Below are positions 9,263-20,060 of a stretch of 64,000 nucleotides of DNA, in pieces. The stretch is taken from assembly GCA_050949565.1 (NCBI GenBank), contig JBMNFY010000017.1, forward strand, positions 704,001-768,000. Reading direction: 5' to 3'. Each line of letters begins with the position of its first letter. Position 1 is the stretch's first letter. Source of the DNA: Kiritimatiellia bacterium. GTDB taxonomy: Bacteria; Verrucomicrobiota; Kiritimatiellia; RFP12; UBA1067. The position numbers and the translations under genes are program-made. The notes below the pieces were generated by a model. The model was given only the letters and a program-made list of their open reading frames with translations, was not told the origin of the DNA and did not search any database.

Positions 9263-10474
9263 TCAGCAAGTGCCAAACGGCTCCAGGCAACGCTCAAGAA
9301 TGCCCTGCATGTAGGCGATCAGCACCCCGTAGTTGACGATCGGTACGCCCGCGGCCTTGGCCTGATGGATGCGGTAGCGCATCTCGCGGCGGTTGAGCAT
9401 GCAGCCGCCGCAGTGGATAATGAGCGCGAAGCGTGACAGGTCACGCGGATAGGTCATGCCGCTGGTGTGCTCGAAGACAAGGTCACGGCCGGTGTGCTGA
9501 CGCAGCCAGCGCGGAATCTTGACCGTGCCGATGTCATCGCACTGCCGATGGTGCGTACAGCCTTCGGCAATCAGGATGCGGTCGCCGTCCTCCAGCGCCG
9601 CAACCGCCCGCGTGCCGCGCACCTGCTCCGCGAGATCACCCTTGTAACGCGAGAAGAGCATCGAGAACGAAGTCAGCGGCACCTCACGCGGGGTTTCGGC
9701 CGCGACCTTGGCGAACACCTGCGAGTCGGTAACCACCATGCGCGGCGGATGGGCGAGTGCCGCGAGCGCCGCGCGCAGTTCGACCTCGCGCGTGACCAAA
9801 GCCAGCGCGCCGGCCTCCAGGATGTCGCGCACGGTCTGCTGTTGCGGCAGAATCATGCGGCCCTTGGGCGCGGCGGCGTCGATCGGCGTGACCAGCACGA
9901 CCACGTCCCCCGGATGCAGCAGGTCGCCGATCAACCGGATGTCGTCAGCGTCGTCCGGCACGGCTTCGGCCAGCGCCCGCTTGAGCGCCTCGATGCCCGC
10001 GCAGGTGACGGACGAAACCGCCAGCACCGGAGCTCCGCTCATTTCGGCGGCTTGGCGCAACGCATCAGGCGAAGGAGGCTGGAGGTCGGCCTTATTGAAG
10101 ACCGTCAGCAGCGGAATACCCTTGGCGCGCACCAGCGCGAGGATGTCGCGCTCACACGCGCCGACCCCCGACTCCGCCTCCAACACTAAAATCGCCACAT
10201 CGGTCTTGTTGAGCACATCGCGTGTGCGTTCGACGCGCAACGCACCCAGCGCGCCCTCGTCGTCTAGTCCGGGCGTATCAAAGATCACGACCGGGCCGAG
10301 CGGGAGGAGTTCCATCGCCTTGGAGACCGGATCAGTGGTGGTACCCTTGACTTCCGAGACGATGGCGACTTCCTGACCGGTGAGCGCATTGATCAGGCTC
10401 GATTTGCCGACATTGCGTCGGCCAAAGAGCGCGATATGCACGCGCTCGCCTTGTGGGGTGGTGTTGAGGCTCAT
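9263..10474 (-). CDS. hydF: [FeFe]-hydrogenase H-cluster maturation GTPase HydF
   Basis: GRRNVGKSS P-loop, GTTTDPV, DTPG, NKAD, APKGRMILPQQQ, EGCTHH...HCGGC cluster ligands. Confidence 0.93.
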   Translation of the reverse strand: MSLNTTPQGERVHIALFGRRNVGKSSLINALTGQEVAIVSEVKGTTTDPVSKAMELLPLGPVVIFDTPGLDDEGALGALRVERTRDVLNKTDVAILVLEAESGVGACERDILALVRAKGIPLLTVFNKADLQPPSPDALRQAAEMSGAPVLAVSSVTCAGIEALKRALAEAVPDDADDIRLIGDLLHPGDVVVLVTPIDAAAPKGRMILPQQQTVRDILEAGALALVTREVELRAALAALAHPPRMVVTDSQVFAKVAAETPREVPLTSFSMLFSRYKGDLAEQVRGTRAVAALEDGDRILIAEGCTHHRQCDDIGTVKIPRWLRQHTGRDLVFEHTSGMTYPRDLSRFALIIHCGGCMLNRREMRYRIHQAKAAGVPIVNYGVLIAYMQGILERCLEPFGTC

Positions 10475-10749
10475 GGCAGATGGTAAAGAGTGTCTGGTTG
10501 AAAAGCCCCAGTGTAAATGCGTCCGCCCCGCGCCGTCAATGGTTTGTGGTTGGTCGATAGAATCGAAGGAATCGACGGAATCGAACAATTCGAGTCTTTC
10601 GATTCCACCGATTCTGCCGGTGTCCTGAAAAAAATCGGGGATGTTACGCTTTCGTGTTGCTGTCACGCTGCATACTGTGGTATGCTCCTCATCACGGTAA
10701 CAGTACAGCTTGCGCTGGGCATGGAGCCCGCGTCAACCGGAGTTGTTTT

Positions 10750-12057
10750 ATGCCCAAATTCGCATATATCGCTGTGGATTCCGCGGGAAAAGAGAGCCGC
10801 GGCACAATCGAAGCCCCCAACCAGGCGCAGGCCGTCGCTAAAGTGCGCGGCATGGGTCTTTTCCCCACGGCGATCGGAGCGGCCGGCGGGTCTGAGGGGG
10901 GGGGCGCTGCCAAGCCCGCGCCCGCGCCCGCAGCCAAGAAGGCCGGCAAGAAGTCCATGGGGCAGACGAAGATCGAGATCAAACTGCCCAAGTTCCTCCG
11001 CCCCAAGGTCAAGCACGAAGGATCTTATGACGCTCACGCGCCAGCTCGCGACGTTGGTGGACGCGGGACTGCCGCTGCTGCGTGGCCTGCATGTGTTGCA
11101 GCGGCAGACCCCCCACGTGACGCTCAAGGAGGCCTTGGCCGGGATGTGCGAATCGGTGGAGAGCGGCAGCACTTTCTCGGAGTCGCTGCTGAACTATCCC
11201 TAAGATCTTCGACAATCTTTATGTAAACATGGTGAGGGCCGGCGAGGCTGGCGGTGTTCTTGAGGTGGTGCTCAACCGCTTGGCCGAGTTTGCCGAGAAG
11301 GGCGAGAAGATCAAGAACAAGGTCAAGGGCGCGATGGTCTACCCGATCGTGGTCTTGGTCGCGGCCGTCGGTATCACCGGCTTCCTGCTGGTCGCGGTGA
11401 TCCCGAAGTTCAAGGACATCTTTAATGACCTGCTCGAGGGCAAGCCTCTGCCGGCGATCACCCAGTTCGTGATGGACGCCAGCCATCTGGTCATGAACAA
11501 CGGCTTGGCAGGTGGTCGTGGCCATTGTTGCGTTCATTGTGCTGTTTAAGCTCTTTGCCAAAACCAAGTTCGGGCGCTACATGGTCGACACGGCCAAGAT
11601 CAACGCGCCGATGTTCGGTTCGTTGGTGCGCAGGACCGCTGTGGCGCGCATGACGCGTACGCTTGGCACGCTGCTCGCCTCGGGCGTGCCGGTGCTGCAG
11701 GCGATCAACATCGTGCGCGACACCACCGGCAACGAGGTCCTCGTGCGCGCCATGCAGAGCGTGCATGACGCCGTCAAGGAAGGTGAGAGCATGACCGCGC
11801 CGCTGGCGGCCTCCAAGGTCTTCCCCCCGATGGTGGTCTCGATGGTGGAGGTCGGCGAGGAGACCGGCGCTCTGCCGGACATGCTGATGCGTGTCGCCAA
11901 CACCTATGATGATGAAGTGGACAACGCTGTGGCGGGCCTGACCTCGGTGATCGAACCGTTGATGATCATCGTACTGGCCGTGGTCGTCGGCACGATCGTC
12001 ATCGCGATGTTCATGCCGATGATTCAGATCATCACCACGCTCGGGTCTCAAGCGTAA
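10750..12057 (+). pseudogene. pilC: Type IV pilus/T2SS inner-membrane platform protein PilC/GspF, split by three +1 insertions (about 11014, 11200, 11508); pseudogene or sequencing errors
   Basis: MPKFAYIAVDSAGK / TRQLATLVDAGLPLL / [16 protein letters not shown] / VGEETGALPDML..IEPLMII fall in successive frames. Confidence 0.85.
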
Positions 12058-12142
12058 TAGCGCCGCCCGGAGCAGCAGAATCGCGTGTCCGACACCCAAG
12101 TGCCGGACACGCACGGATAACCGGCTCGACAGGAGATTAGTA

Positions 12143-13161
12143 ATGAAAATGTTTGAGCAGAAAAGAGCGTCCGACAGGACGCACCGGCAACGGAGTGCCT
12201 TCACCTTGATTGAGATGATGGTGGTGGTGGCGTTGGTCGGTATCTTGATCGGAGGCGTGTTCCGCCTGCTCAACGCGGCCGGTGAAGGCGCCAAACGTGG
12301 TGAGACGATTGAGCGCATGCAGCGCATCGAAAACGCCCTCTCCGGCTTCTACGCCGCCTACGGGTCCTATCCGCCGGTGGAGCAGCACGGATCGCCCGAT
12401 CCCTTCGTTGAGGAAGCTCCGGACGGCACCACGTCACCGGTGTCCTCGCTGGAGGCCGAAAACGCCAACCGCGCGGCAGCCTGCCAGCCGATGGCGTTCG
12501 AGTTCCCGCCGATGCAGGCCCTCGACGACTATATTGCCACGAGATTTCAGTCCCAAGGCATCTTGTCTCCCAACAGGAACCCCGGCATCTTCACCCAGAG
12601 TGAAAAATGGCCGCAGATGAAGCTGTACCGTTACGGAGTGGTCTCCTTTTTGGTCCCCCGTTACGACGCGATCGGCGATTTCACGCTAGACCCATCCAAT
12701 CAATACGAACCCAGACCGATTGACACCAAATTGGCACCTAATGAGGGTCTGTACAAGAATCACAAGCAGTGGACGAATTACAATCCCGCGAGAAAGGCCA
12801 AGGCAGAGCGGGAGGCCTGCGCGCGCTGGCTGCCCAATCTGCAGAGGGATTGTTCGCGGTGGCAGGAAAGCTGCTGGGGGTGCAGACCGGAACCCCGAAC
12901 ACCGATAATGACGCAGTGTTTTCTCCGGCGTACACCAAAGGCGGCAACAAGTATGTTCTCCGCATGATGACCATTCGGGATGCCTGGGGCAACGATTTCT
13001 ACTATCATTCGGCTCCGCCCTACCAGAGCTACCGCCTTTGGTCGGCAGGCCCCGACGGCGTCACCTTCCCGGCCGATTATCCGCTACAGCAACTGAACAC
13101 TTCGGACCGCAAGACCGTGAGCGGTTGGATCAAGGACGACATCGCGCGCCCGTCGCGGTAA
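12143..13161 (+). CDS. Prepilin-type (GspG-like) protein, frameshifted about 12843-12870
   Basis: AFTLIEMMVV N-methylation motif; C-terminal DAWGN..YRLWSAGPDG in ORF 12769..13161. Confidence 0.75.
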
Positions 13162-13187
13162 AGGGGATTGAGGAACCGCAAGCCAAA

Positions 13188-13859
13188 ATGAGGATGACCA
13201 TGAGAATGACTTCTAAGAACAAAAAACGTTGCGGCTTCACGCTGGTCGAGATGCTGGTGGTGATCGGCATTTTGGGCATCCTCTCGGCGGGGCTCATCAG
13301 CTCGTTCTCGCACGTCCGCAAGGCCGCACTTAAGTCAGAGGCGCAGAATCAGGTCGCGGAAGTGGCGACGGCCTTCACCCTGTATCTGCAAAAAGAGCGG
13401 GTCTGGCCGCAAGCGTGGCTAGACGCAGACAAGCGCGAGATGGACGAAGAGGTGTGCTGGTATTTCCAGGATGCCAAGCTGTTGGATGTCTCCACCTACA
13501 TGTATGAAGGTGGCAAAGTCAAGGAGATGACCGACGCGAACATCAACGAGCAAAGCCTCGACCGTTTCGGGCTGCTGGATCCGTGGGGGCGGCGCGCGCT
13601 GAAAAAAAAGGCTAACGCCACGAAAAACGACAGGGTGCCGAACGGCGGCACCTTCGAGGAGCACCGCATCCAGTTCCGCCTCGACAAAAATTATGACGGC
13701 TGGGTAGACCAGACTGAAGGGTTGCCCGCAAAGAGCAGCAAGGTGCGTGCGTCAGTCGTTGTATGGTCGCGCGGGCCGGACGGCAAAGATGATCTGGATC
13801 GCTTCGGTAAGCCTATGGACGACAGCCTGAGTTGGCCGTTCGCCCTTTACGAAAAATGA
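13188..13859 (+). CDS. Prepilin-type (GspG-like) protein
   Basis: GFTLVEMLVV; DPWG; VWSRGPDG. Confidence 0.85.
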   Translation: MRMTMRMTSKNKKRCGFTLVEMLVVIGILGILSAGLISSFSHVRKAALKSEAQNQVAEVATAFTLYLQKERVWPQAWLDADKREMDEEVCWYFQDAKLLDVSTYMYEGGKVKEMTDANINEQSLDRFGLLDPWGRRALKKKANATKNDRVPNGGTFEEHRIQFRLDKNYDGWVDQTEGLPAKSSKVRASVVVWSRGPDGKDDLDRFGKPMDDSLSWPFALYEK

Positions 13860-13875
13860 GTGTGAGGGATCAAGC

Positions 13876-14409
13876 ATGAAGAGATCGACAAAGAAAATCA
13901 CGCGGCGCGGCTTCACCATCGTTGAGCTGCTGGTGGTGATTTCGATTATGGCAATCGTCGCCACACTGGCGACCGGCGCGGTTCTGCGGTCGATGCGCCA
14001 AAGCCGTGTGAGGCGTGTGGAAATGATGGCGAAATCGCTTGAGGCCGCCATCATGAGCTACCGCTCGCTCACCGGCGAATGGCCCTGTGACTTCGGCACT
14101 CCCGACCCTGTGGGGGCTGGTGTTAGAAAAGACGGCCCGGAGCATGCGGAGGTCAAAACTTTCGAGGGCAAAGAGAACGCCAGGGTCTTCAAGAAGATCT
14201 TTGAAGAGGTCAAAAAAGGACGTCCCTTGCTGGACACATCCAGCCTCTTGACGAGCGTCAGCGGCAGGCGTATGACCGTGCGCGAAGCGCTTGAACGGGG
14301 TGAAACCGACATCCCAGTCGGGTATGCTCACCCCGAGAACCAGCAGAATTTTGTTTTCTTTAAAGTGGTCTACAATTTCCAGACGGACATGATCACTGTC
14401 CACCAGTGA
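13876..14409 (+). CDS. Prepilin-type protein
   Basis: GFTIVELLVV. Confidence 0.85.
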   Translation: MKRSTKKITRRGFTIVELLVVISIMAIVATLATGAVLRSMRQSRVRRVEMMAKSLEAAIMSYRSLTGEWPCDFGTPDPVGAGVRKDGPEHAEVKTFEGKENARVFKKIFEEVKKGRPLLDTSSLLTSVSGRRMTVREALERGETDIPVGYAHPENQQNFVFFKVVYNFQTDMITVHQ

Positions 14410-14437
14410 CCCCCGGCTGATGAGGAGCGGTGCCCAG

Positions 14438-15304
14438 ATGTGCGCGAATAAACCCATACAGAGAGCGGCCCGGACGAAAAGGAACCGCGGCGGATTCTCC
14501 CTGATTGAGCTACTGGCGGTGATGGCGATTGTGGCGATGCTCTCCACGCTGGCCGTTACGAGCTACTTCAGCGCGATCCGCGGCATGTCGAGCCGCACTG
14601 CGCGCGACAACTTCTACAACGCGCTCATGATGGCCCGCCAACGCGCCTGTATCGATGGTTGCCGCGTCAGCCTGATCGTTTTCAACGAAGCCGCCGCCTT
14701 CGATGCGTCGGGCACAGCGATCAGCGACCTCGCCGCTTCGTTCGTCGTGTGCCGTGAACTGGGCCGGTTCTCGTTCGTCAGCGGGAACTTCCTGTTCGAC
14801 GAGTTTTCAGATCTAGGTTCGCTGTTCCGGAAAAAACAGGCGGGGGACTCCGCCGGCACCTCGGCAGGGTCGGTCAAACTCTACAATTTGTCGCAGGGCG
14901 CCTGGACACTGGTCGGGCCCTATGTGGACTGGAAGACCGTGGGTTCCTCGGCTGAGTTGCTCTACAGCGGGGGGAACTTTTCAATCAATGCCCACGCTTT
15001 GGAGAGGTTAACCGGAAGCGGCACCGCATCGACAGGGAGTACGAACTGGAAAACCGGAGACTCGTATGGGGTCGAGATCACGCCGATCAAATCGTTGCCC
15101 AAAGGGTTCGTTTTCGACGAATTGAACAACAACCTCACCTCAGGCGATACACTGAAAGATGTTAGAAGCGTGACCTTCGAGCCGGACGGCAGCGCCATCA
15201 GAGGCGCAACCTTCACGATCCGGAGCCAGACCAGAGATCCCAACGTCCAAGGGATGAGGTTTACAGTTTCCACGCAGGGCAATATCACGGTGACAACAAA
15301 CTGA
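14438..15304 (+). CDS. GspH/FimT-like minor pseudopilin (Verru_Chthon D-like)
   Basis: GFSLIELLAV; ARQRA; C-terminal VTFEPDGS. Confidence 0.8.
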   Translation: MCANKPIQRAARTKRNRGGFSLIELLAVMAIVAMLSTLAVTSYFSAIRGMSSRTARDNFYNALMMARQRACIDGCRVSLIVFNEAAAFDASGTAISDLAASFVVCRELGRFSFVSGNFLFDEFSDLGSLFRKKQAGDSAGTSAGSVKLYNLSQGAWTLVGPYVDWKTVGSSAELLYSGGNFSINAHALERLTGSGTASTGSTNWKTGDSYGVEITPIKSLPKGFVFDELNNNLTSGDTLKDVRSVTFEPDGSAIRGATFTIRSQTRDPNVQGMRFTVSTQGNITVTTN

Positions 15305-15321
15305 GCGCAGAGAGAAAACAG

Positions 15322-15879
15322 ATGAAACATGCAGCACATAATGCCGGCTTTTCGCTGATGGAGGTTAACATGGCGGTTTTCGTCATGGCTATCGGCATCC
15401 TGGGCATGGTGGCGCTCTTCCCGCTCGGGTTGCGCGAAGGCGTGCAGGCGCGCGCCGATCTCAAGCAGGCGATGTTCGCTGACCATGCGCTCAACCAGAT
15501 CGTCGCGATCCTCTCGCAGACCAACATGACGTGGAGCGTGTGGAAAGGGTTGGACGGATTTGAAGGCGACGGCAGCAAGCTACAGGGCAAATTGACCACC
15601 GTGACACCCAAAGGGTCAGGGGGATCGGTCGATTTAGGGGAGACGCTTCGGGAGAATTGGACAATCGGTGTCGACGGAACAACGATGAAGAATACCCATT
15701 TCCATATTGTCTGCTTCATGCCGGATGATACGCCTTCTGGGCGTATTCTGGGGGTCACGGTGCGCTCGACCGATACCGACGATCCCTACCCTTCCACCGA
15801 AAAAGAACGGAGAGCTTGGGAAACCCGCCATCCGCCCTACTACGCTGAAGTATTATTCAACGGCGACCCCACGCAATGA
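15322..15879 (+). CDS. GspI/PilV-like minor pseudopilin (Verru_Chthon B-like)
   Basis: GFSLMEVNMAVFVMAIGILGMVALFPLGL. Confidence 0.8.
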   Translation: MKHAAHNAGFSLMEVNMAVFVMAIGILGMVALFPLGLREGVQARADLKQAMFADHALNQIVAILSQTNMTWSVWKGLDGFEGDGSKLQGKLTTVTPKGSGGSVDLGETLRENWTIGVDGTTMKNTHFHIVCFMPDDTPSGRILGVTVRSTDTDDPYPSTEKERRAWETRHPPYYAEVLFNGDPTQ

Positions 15880-16610
15880 CCCCTTGGGAAAAGAGAGCAA
15901 TGAAAAACAGAAACAGACACGGCTTTTCAATGATCGAAGTCATGGTCGCCGCGACCATTCTGGTGGTGATCGTCATGATGCTCGGCATGCTCTTTCAGCA
16001 GACCAGCGTGGCGTGGCGTACCGGCCTGATGCGTAGCGACGGCTACATGCAGCTCCGCGCCTTCATCGGCGCACTCCAGCGAGATGCTAGCGCGATGATT
16101 GATGCCAACCAGATCCCCCAGAGCCTGCTCTGTAACAATCAAAAACAGAAGTTCGAGTCAGGCGAGATCCGGTTCTACACCATGACAGGCACGTTGCGCC
16201 CCGATCCGAATAATCCAAGTACGCTACAAGACTTCCGTGCCCTGAACTTCATTACATACAACACTGGCGGCAAGCGGACCCAACGGCGGCTGGAGCCGAA
16301 TGGAACATGGAGCGAGGAAGAATCCTCCAACGTTCTGTCACCGCCGAACATCGGCGCAAACCCCGATAAACCGCAGGTCGCGGCCAAAGGCTTCAGTTTC
16401 GCTTTTCAGAGCGGCACGGAGTACGACATCGCTGGCAACGTAGTCCCCAACGCCAGCCGCTACCCGCTCTTTCTCACAGTGGAGTCAGATGTGACCCAGA
16501 AAGGGCGGTTGTACGATGTCGGTGCTGAATGTTCGGGACCTGACAAAAAGTTCGGGACCGGGCCATCGGATGCGGCCGGCAAAGACGACATCCGGACGTG
16601 GGTGCAGTAG
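15876..16610 (+). CDS. GspJ/PilW-like minor pseudopilin (Verru_Chthon C-like)
   Basis: GFSMIEVMVA..LFQQTSVAW; ATGA overlap with upstream stop. Confidence 0.8.
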   Translation: MTPWEKRAMKNRNRHGFSMIEVMVAATILVVIVMMLGMLFQQTSVAWRTGLMRSDGYMQLRAFIGALQRDASAMIDANQIPQSLLCNNQKQKFESGEIRFYTMTGTLRPDPNNPSTLQDFRALNFITYNTGGKRTQRRLEPNGTWSEEESSNVLSPPNIGANPDKPQVAAKGFSFAFQSGTEYDIAGNVVPNASRYPLFLTVESDVTQKGRLYDVGAECSGPDKKFGTGPSDAAGKDDIRTWVQ

Positions 16611-16700
16611 AGGACGGAGGGGCACGGCGTGAAAACTGAATGCAGAACGTTCAACGTTCAACGCTCAACGCCCAACACTCAATTTTTGAAGGAGAGAGAC

Positions 16701-17123
16701 GTGAACAAGCGACGGAGAGAGGCCTTTACCTTGATGGAGATGATGGTGGTCATCGGCATGCTGGGCGTGCTGATGGGGGTCACCTTTTCCGGCATCGGCC
16801 AGGCCAAGACGCGGGCGCGCGTCGCCAAGGCCAATGCCGAGGTGCGCGAACTGGTCAATGCCCTCCTCGCCTATGAAGCCGCCGAGGAAGAACTGGAGGT
16901 CACGCCCGAACCGGTCGAAGCCAATGCGACGACGCTCGCTTTCCTGCTCGGCGATGCGGGGGGGCCCGTGTACCTGAACATGAAGTCGCGTGACGGTGTC
17001 TTCCGTGACCCTTGGGGGCAACCCTATCGTTTCCGCATCGGGCTCAAGGTGGAGTCCAGTAGTGCGGAGAAGATGTCTGCGACGGTAACCTTCCCGAACC
17101 GCCACCAACATGCTAGATGGTAA
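16701..17123 (+). CDS. Prepilin-type (GspG-like) protein
   Basis: GTG after AAGGAG; AFTLMEMMVV; DPWGQPY. Confidence 0.8.
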   Translation: MNKRRREAFTLMEMMVVIGMLGVLMGVTFSGIGQAKTRARVAKANAEVRELVNALLAYEAAEEELEVTPEPVEANATTLAFLLGDAGGPVYLNMKSRDGVFRDPWGQPYRFRIGLKVESSSAEKMSATVTFPNRHQHARW

Positions 17124-17148
17124 CCCCCCTGATATGATAGGTAACAGT

Positions 17149-20015
17149 ATGCGAAAACGCCTCTTTCATACCCCTTCAAGCCGGTCGCCCGTGCGGCACC
17201 GCGGTTCAGCCCTGTTGATTGTGCTGGGCTTCTTGAGCTTCATGGTCATCAGTGCGGTCTCGTTCGCCATCTACATGCGTACCGAACGCCAAGCCTCTTC
17301 AAACTACCGCCATGCGGTCAACGCACGCCACCTGCTCAATCTCGGTCTCGTCCGTGCCATGGAAGAGGTGGACTCCGAGTTGCGGCTCAAATCCAACACG
17401 AGCCTGAAGTTCCCGGATTGGCCCGGTCGCGTGCTGGTCTCGGCTATCCCCGCCAGTGACGATGACGTGCAACGAGATAGCGATGCGCGCGTGCTCTCGC
17501 TGGAGGCGCTGAGTTTCCTGCCGCCCTTCTTAGTCAATGACGTGCGGCGTTATGCGTACAGAGCAGGACGAGCGACGAGGTTTACAAGGGCGCCAAGTGG
17601 CGCTTGTTCAGCAGCGGCATCGAGGGCGAAGACGCCAGCGGTTCAGTGGTCGGCCGCTACGCCTATGTCTGTGTCAATGTCTCCGACATGCTTAACGTGA
17701 ACGCATGCAGGGCACAGTACCGTGACGTCGCCACCAACCGGGTCAGCCTCGGCCATCTTTTCAACGGCGATGGCCAGCGTCAGGACTTCGACAACAATGC
17801 TCGGGACGACGGTCACTACTTCTCACTGCAGGATTTTTATTCGGCACGTTATGAGCGGGACAGCAGTGTCCTGAGCAGCCCATTCCATAACTACGTCATA
17901 GGGAATAGCGGTTTCACGCCATTCGACAACGGGGGGCTGTTGAAGCAAGTCTTCATCACCGACGGCATCGCCAAACCCCAGCCGACCGCACAGGATGCCT
18001 GCAACATCTGGCTCAATCCGCCGATTGAAAACATGCTCCTAAATAACAAAACGCCGCACCCGAGCCAACTGGCGGGCGCGGTGAACAATGAGTTTTGGAA
18101 GGCGTTCACCCACTCAGACCTCTTCCCGGGGACCGACGAACAGGTCATGGCGGCACTGCTGAAAGATTATATCGACACGGATAACGTGCCCTCCCTGCTC
18201 AATGCGCCCTGCTTGGAAATGGTGCCGATGATCAGTCAGGTCACCATCCCGAAAAACATTATGAAGTATTCGGTCACCAGCCGGGCCGAGGGCGGAGCAC
18301 AGGGACAGCCCCAAGTCACGGTGTACACGCTCCACCTTTTGGATGAGACGACGCTTGAGTTCCCGATCCAGGTTGAGGTTGTCTGGCCGTTCAAAAACAC
18401 GCAGTATAGAGGGCTGGCGCCCCAACAATACTCGCTGGAGGTCGAAGCGTTTCTTGTGGTGGACAAAAACGGGGCTGAACGAAACACAAGGGGCTTCCAG
18501 AACAAGGGTGAGTGGCTCCGGCTGACGATGTCCGGCGGAGGCTCGATCCCCCCCGTTTGGAACCAGAAAATCGTAAACGAGAACGATTGTTTTAGAGTCG
18601 TCGATGCAACCCTGAAAGCCAATCTGGCTGACGTCTCGTTCGATGTGATGAGAGATGCGGAGTATCTAAACGGCTTCACGGCAAACTTCAGGGTGTCGCT
18701 CTGCATGTTCGTCCGTATCAAAGAGGGGAACGTCTGGGTCGACAGCGTACCGCATTACCCCCCTGTCAACCCCTTGCCAGACACGGAAATAGGCACCAAC
18801 CCCAAGCTTTATTTCCAGACCGCGTCAATCGCGTTGGCCCCCGGGGTGATCGTTCCCACCCCTTACGCATGGGATTGGACAAACCTCGAAGTGGCTGATC
18901 CGCGCTTTAATCACAACGCCTCAAACTGGGTCAAAAACGATAACGAGGAATACCCGATCACGGCCGGTATAAACAAATCCACCCTGGATATCCGCACGTC
19001 GCTCGAAGGCCGTGACGCCGACATTTTTATGTTCGTCGCGAATACCGGCGTATTGCAGTCTCCCGGCGAGTTGGGTTTTATCATCCGGCCGCACAATTTT
19101 AAAAACTCAGCAGACCCAGCCCGTAACTTCAACACTGAGACCGAGCCAGCAGAAAAAGAGAACATGTTCCGCACCATCAGGTTGTATGACCATGGCGGTG
19201 CCGGTGCCAACGAAAAAAGGGACGAGGTCTACAAGCATTTCTATGCCATGAGTCCGGACGGCACGTTGCCCGGTGCGCGCGTCAATCCGCTTTCGGATAT
19301 TGACGAGGTGCTGGAAGCCGCGATCTGGGGTACGCCGCTGGACTACTGGATCGCCTCGACCAACAACGGTCTCACCGAAGTGCAACGCAAGGACCTGACA
19401 TTCACGCGCGACAATAGCTATTTCAACACGACCTCGCCCAACGACAGTAATTGGCAGAGTTTCCGCGGCAAATGGAGAGATGGGATGGAAAAAGCGATGG
19501 AGCCAGGAGGCAACCCAAACAACCCGAACAAAATATGGAGCCGGTCCCTGGCTGATTACTACGGCGACGAGTCGTATTTCAAGTGGTACGATGAAGACCG
19601 TATGAAAATCTTTGGCACCACCGTGCCGAACAATCTGCACGAGATCGACCGCAAGATGCTCTACTCGTTCTCGCTCGACTCCTTCTCGGACCGTCAGCAA
19701 CTCTTCCTCTACTTCGTCCGCGCCGAAACCACCGTACCGACATTCGGCAGCGCCGGAAAAGTCAACATGCAGTCCTTGGCCGGCAGCCGCGCTGTGGCGC
19801 TGGTCTGGCGTGATCCCTACCCACGCGGATTTGCAAAGGATAACGACACCAATAACGACAATGACACGATGGACAAGAAGACCGAATGGTATCCGGACAA
19901 TCGGAACACCGATTTCGAGTCGCCTTGGAAGCGGTATCCCGGATCTTCCAGTACCGCGCGTCATGCTACGCACCACGATACCCGCGTGCTCTTCTTCAAA
20001 CAGCTCGGGCAATAA
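17149..20015 (+). CDS. Large GspK/PilX-like protein (Verru_Chthon A-like), one frameshift at about 17555-17575
   Basis: RGSALLIVLGFL (no E5) N-terminus; continues in another frame as GRYAYVCVNVSDMLNVN. Confidence 0.7.
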
Positions 20016-20060
20016 AGCTGACGCGCACGCTTTGCTCGGCTTCAGGTTTCATTTTTTGAC

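Noticed and set aside
9263-10666. N-terminally extended HydF
   Set aside because: The extension runs through intergenic repeats; family similarity starts at MSLNTTP (10474)
10990-11230. Programmed ribosomal frameshifting in pilC
   Set aside because: No slippery heptamer at the shift sites; three independent +1 insertions are better explained by error or decay
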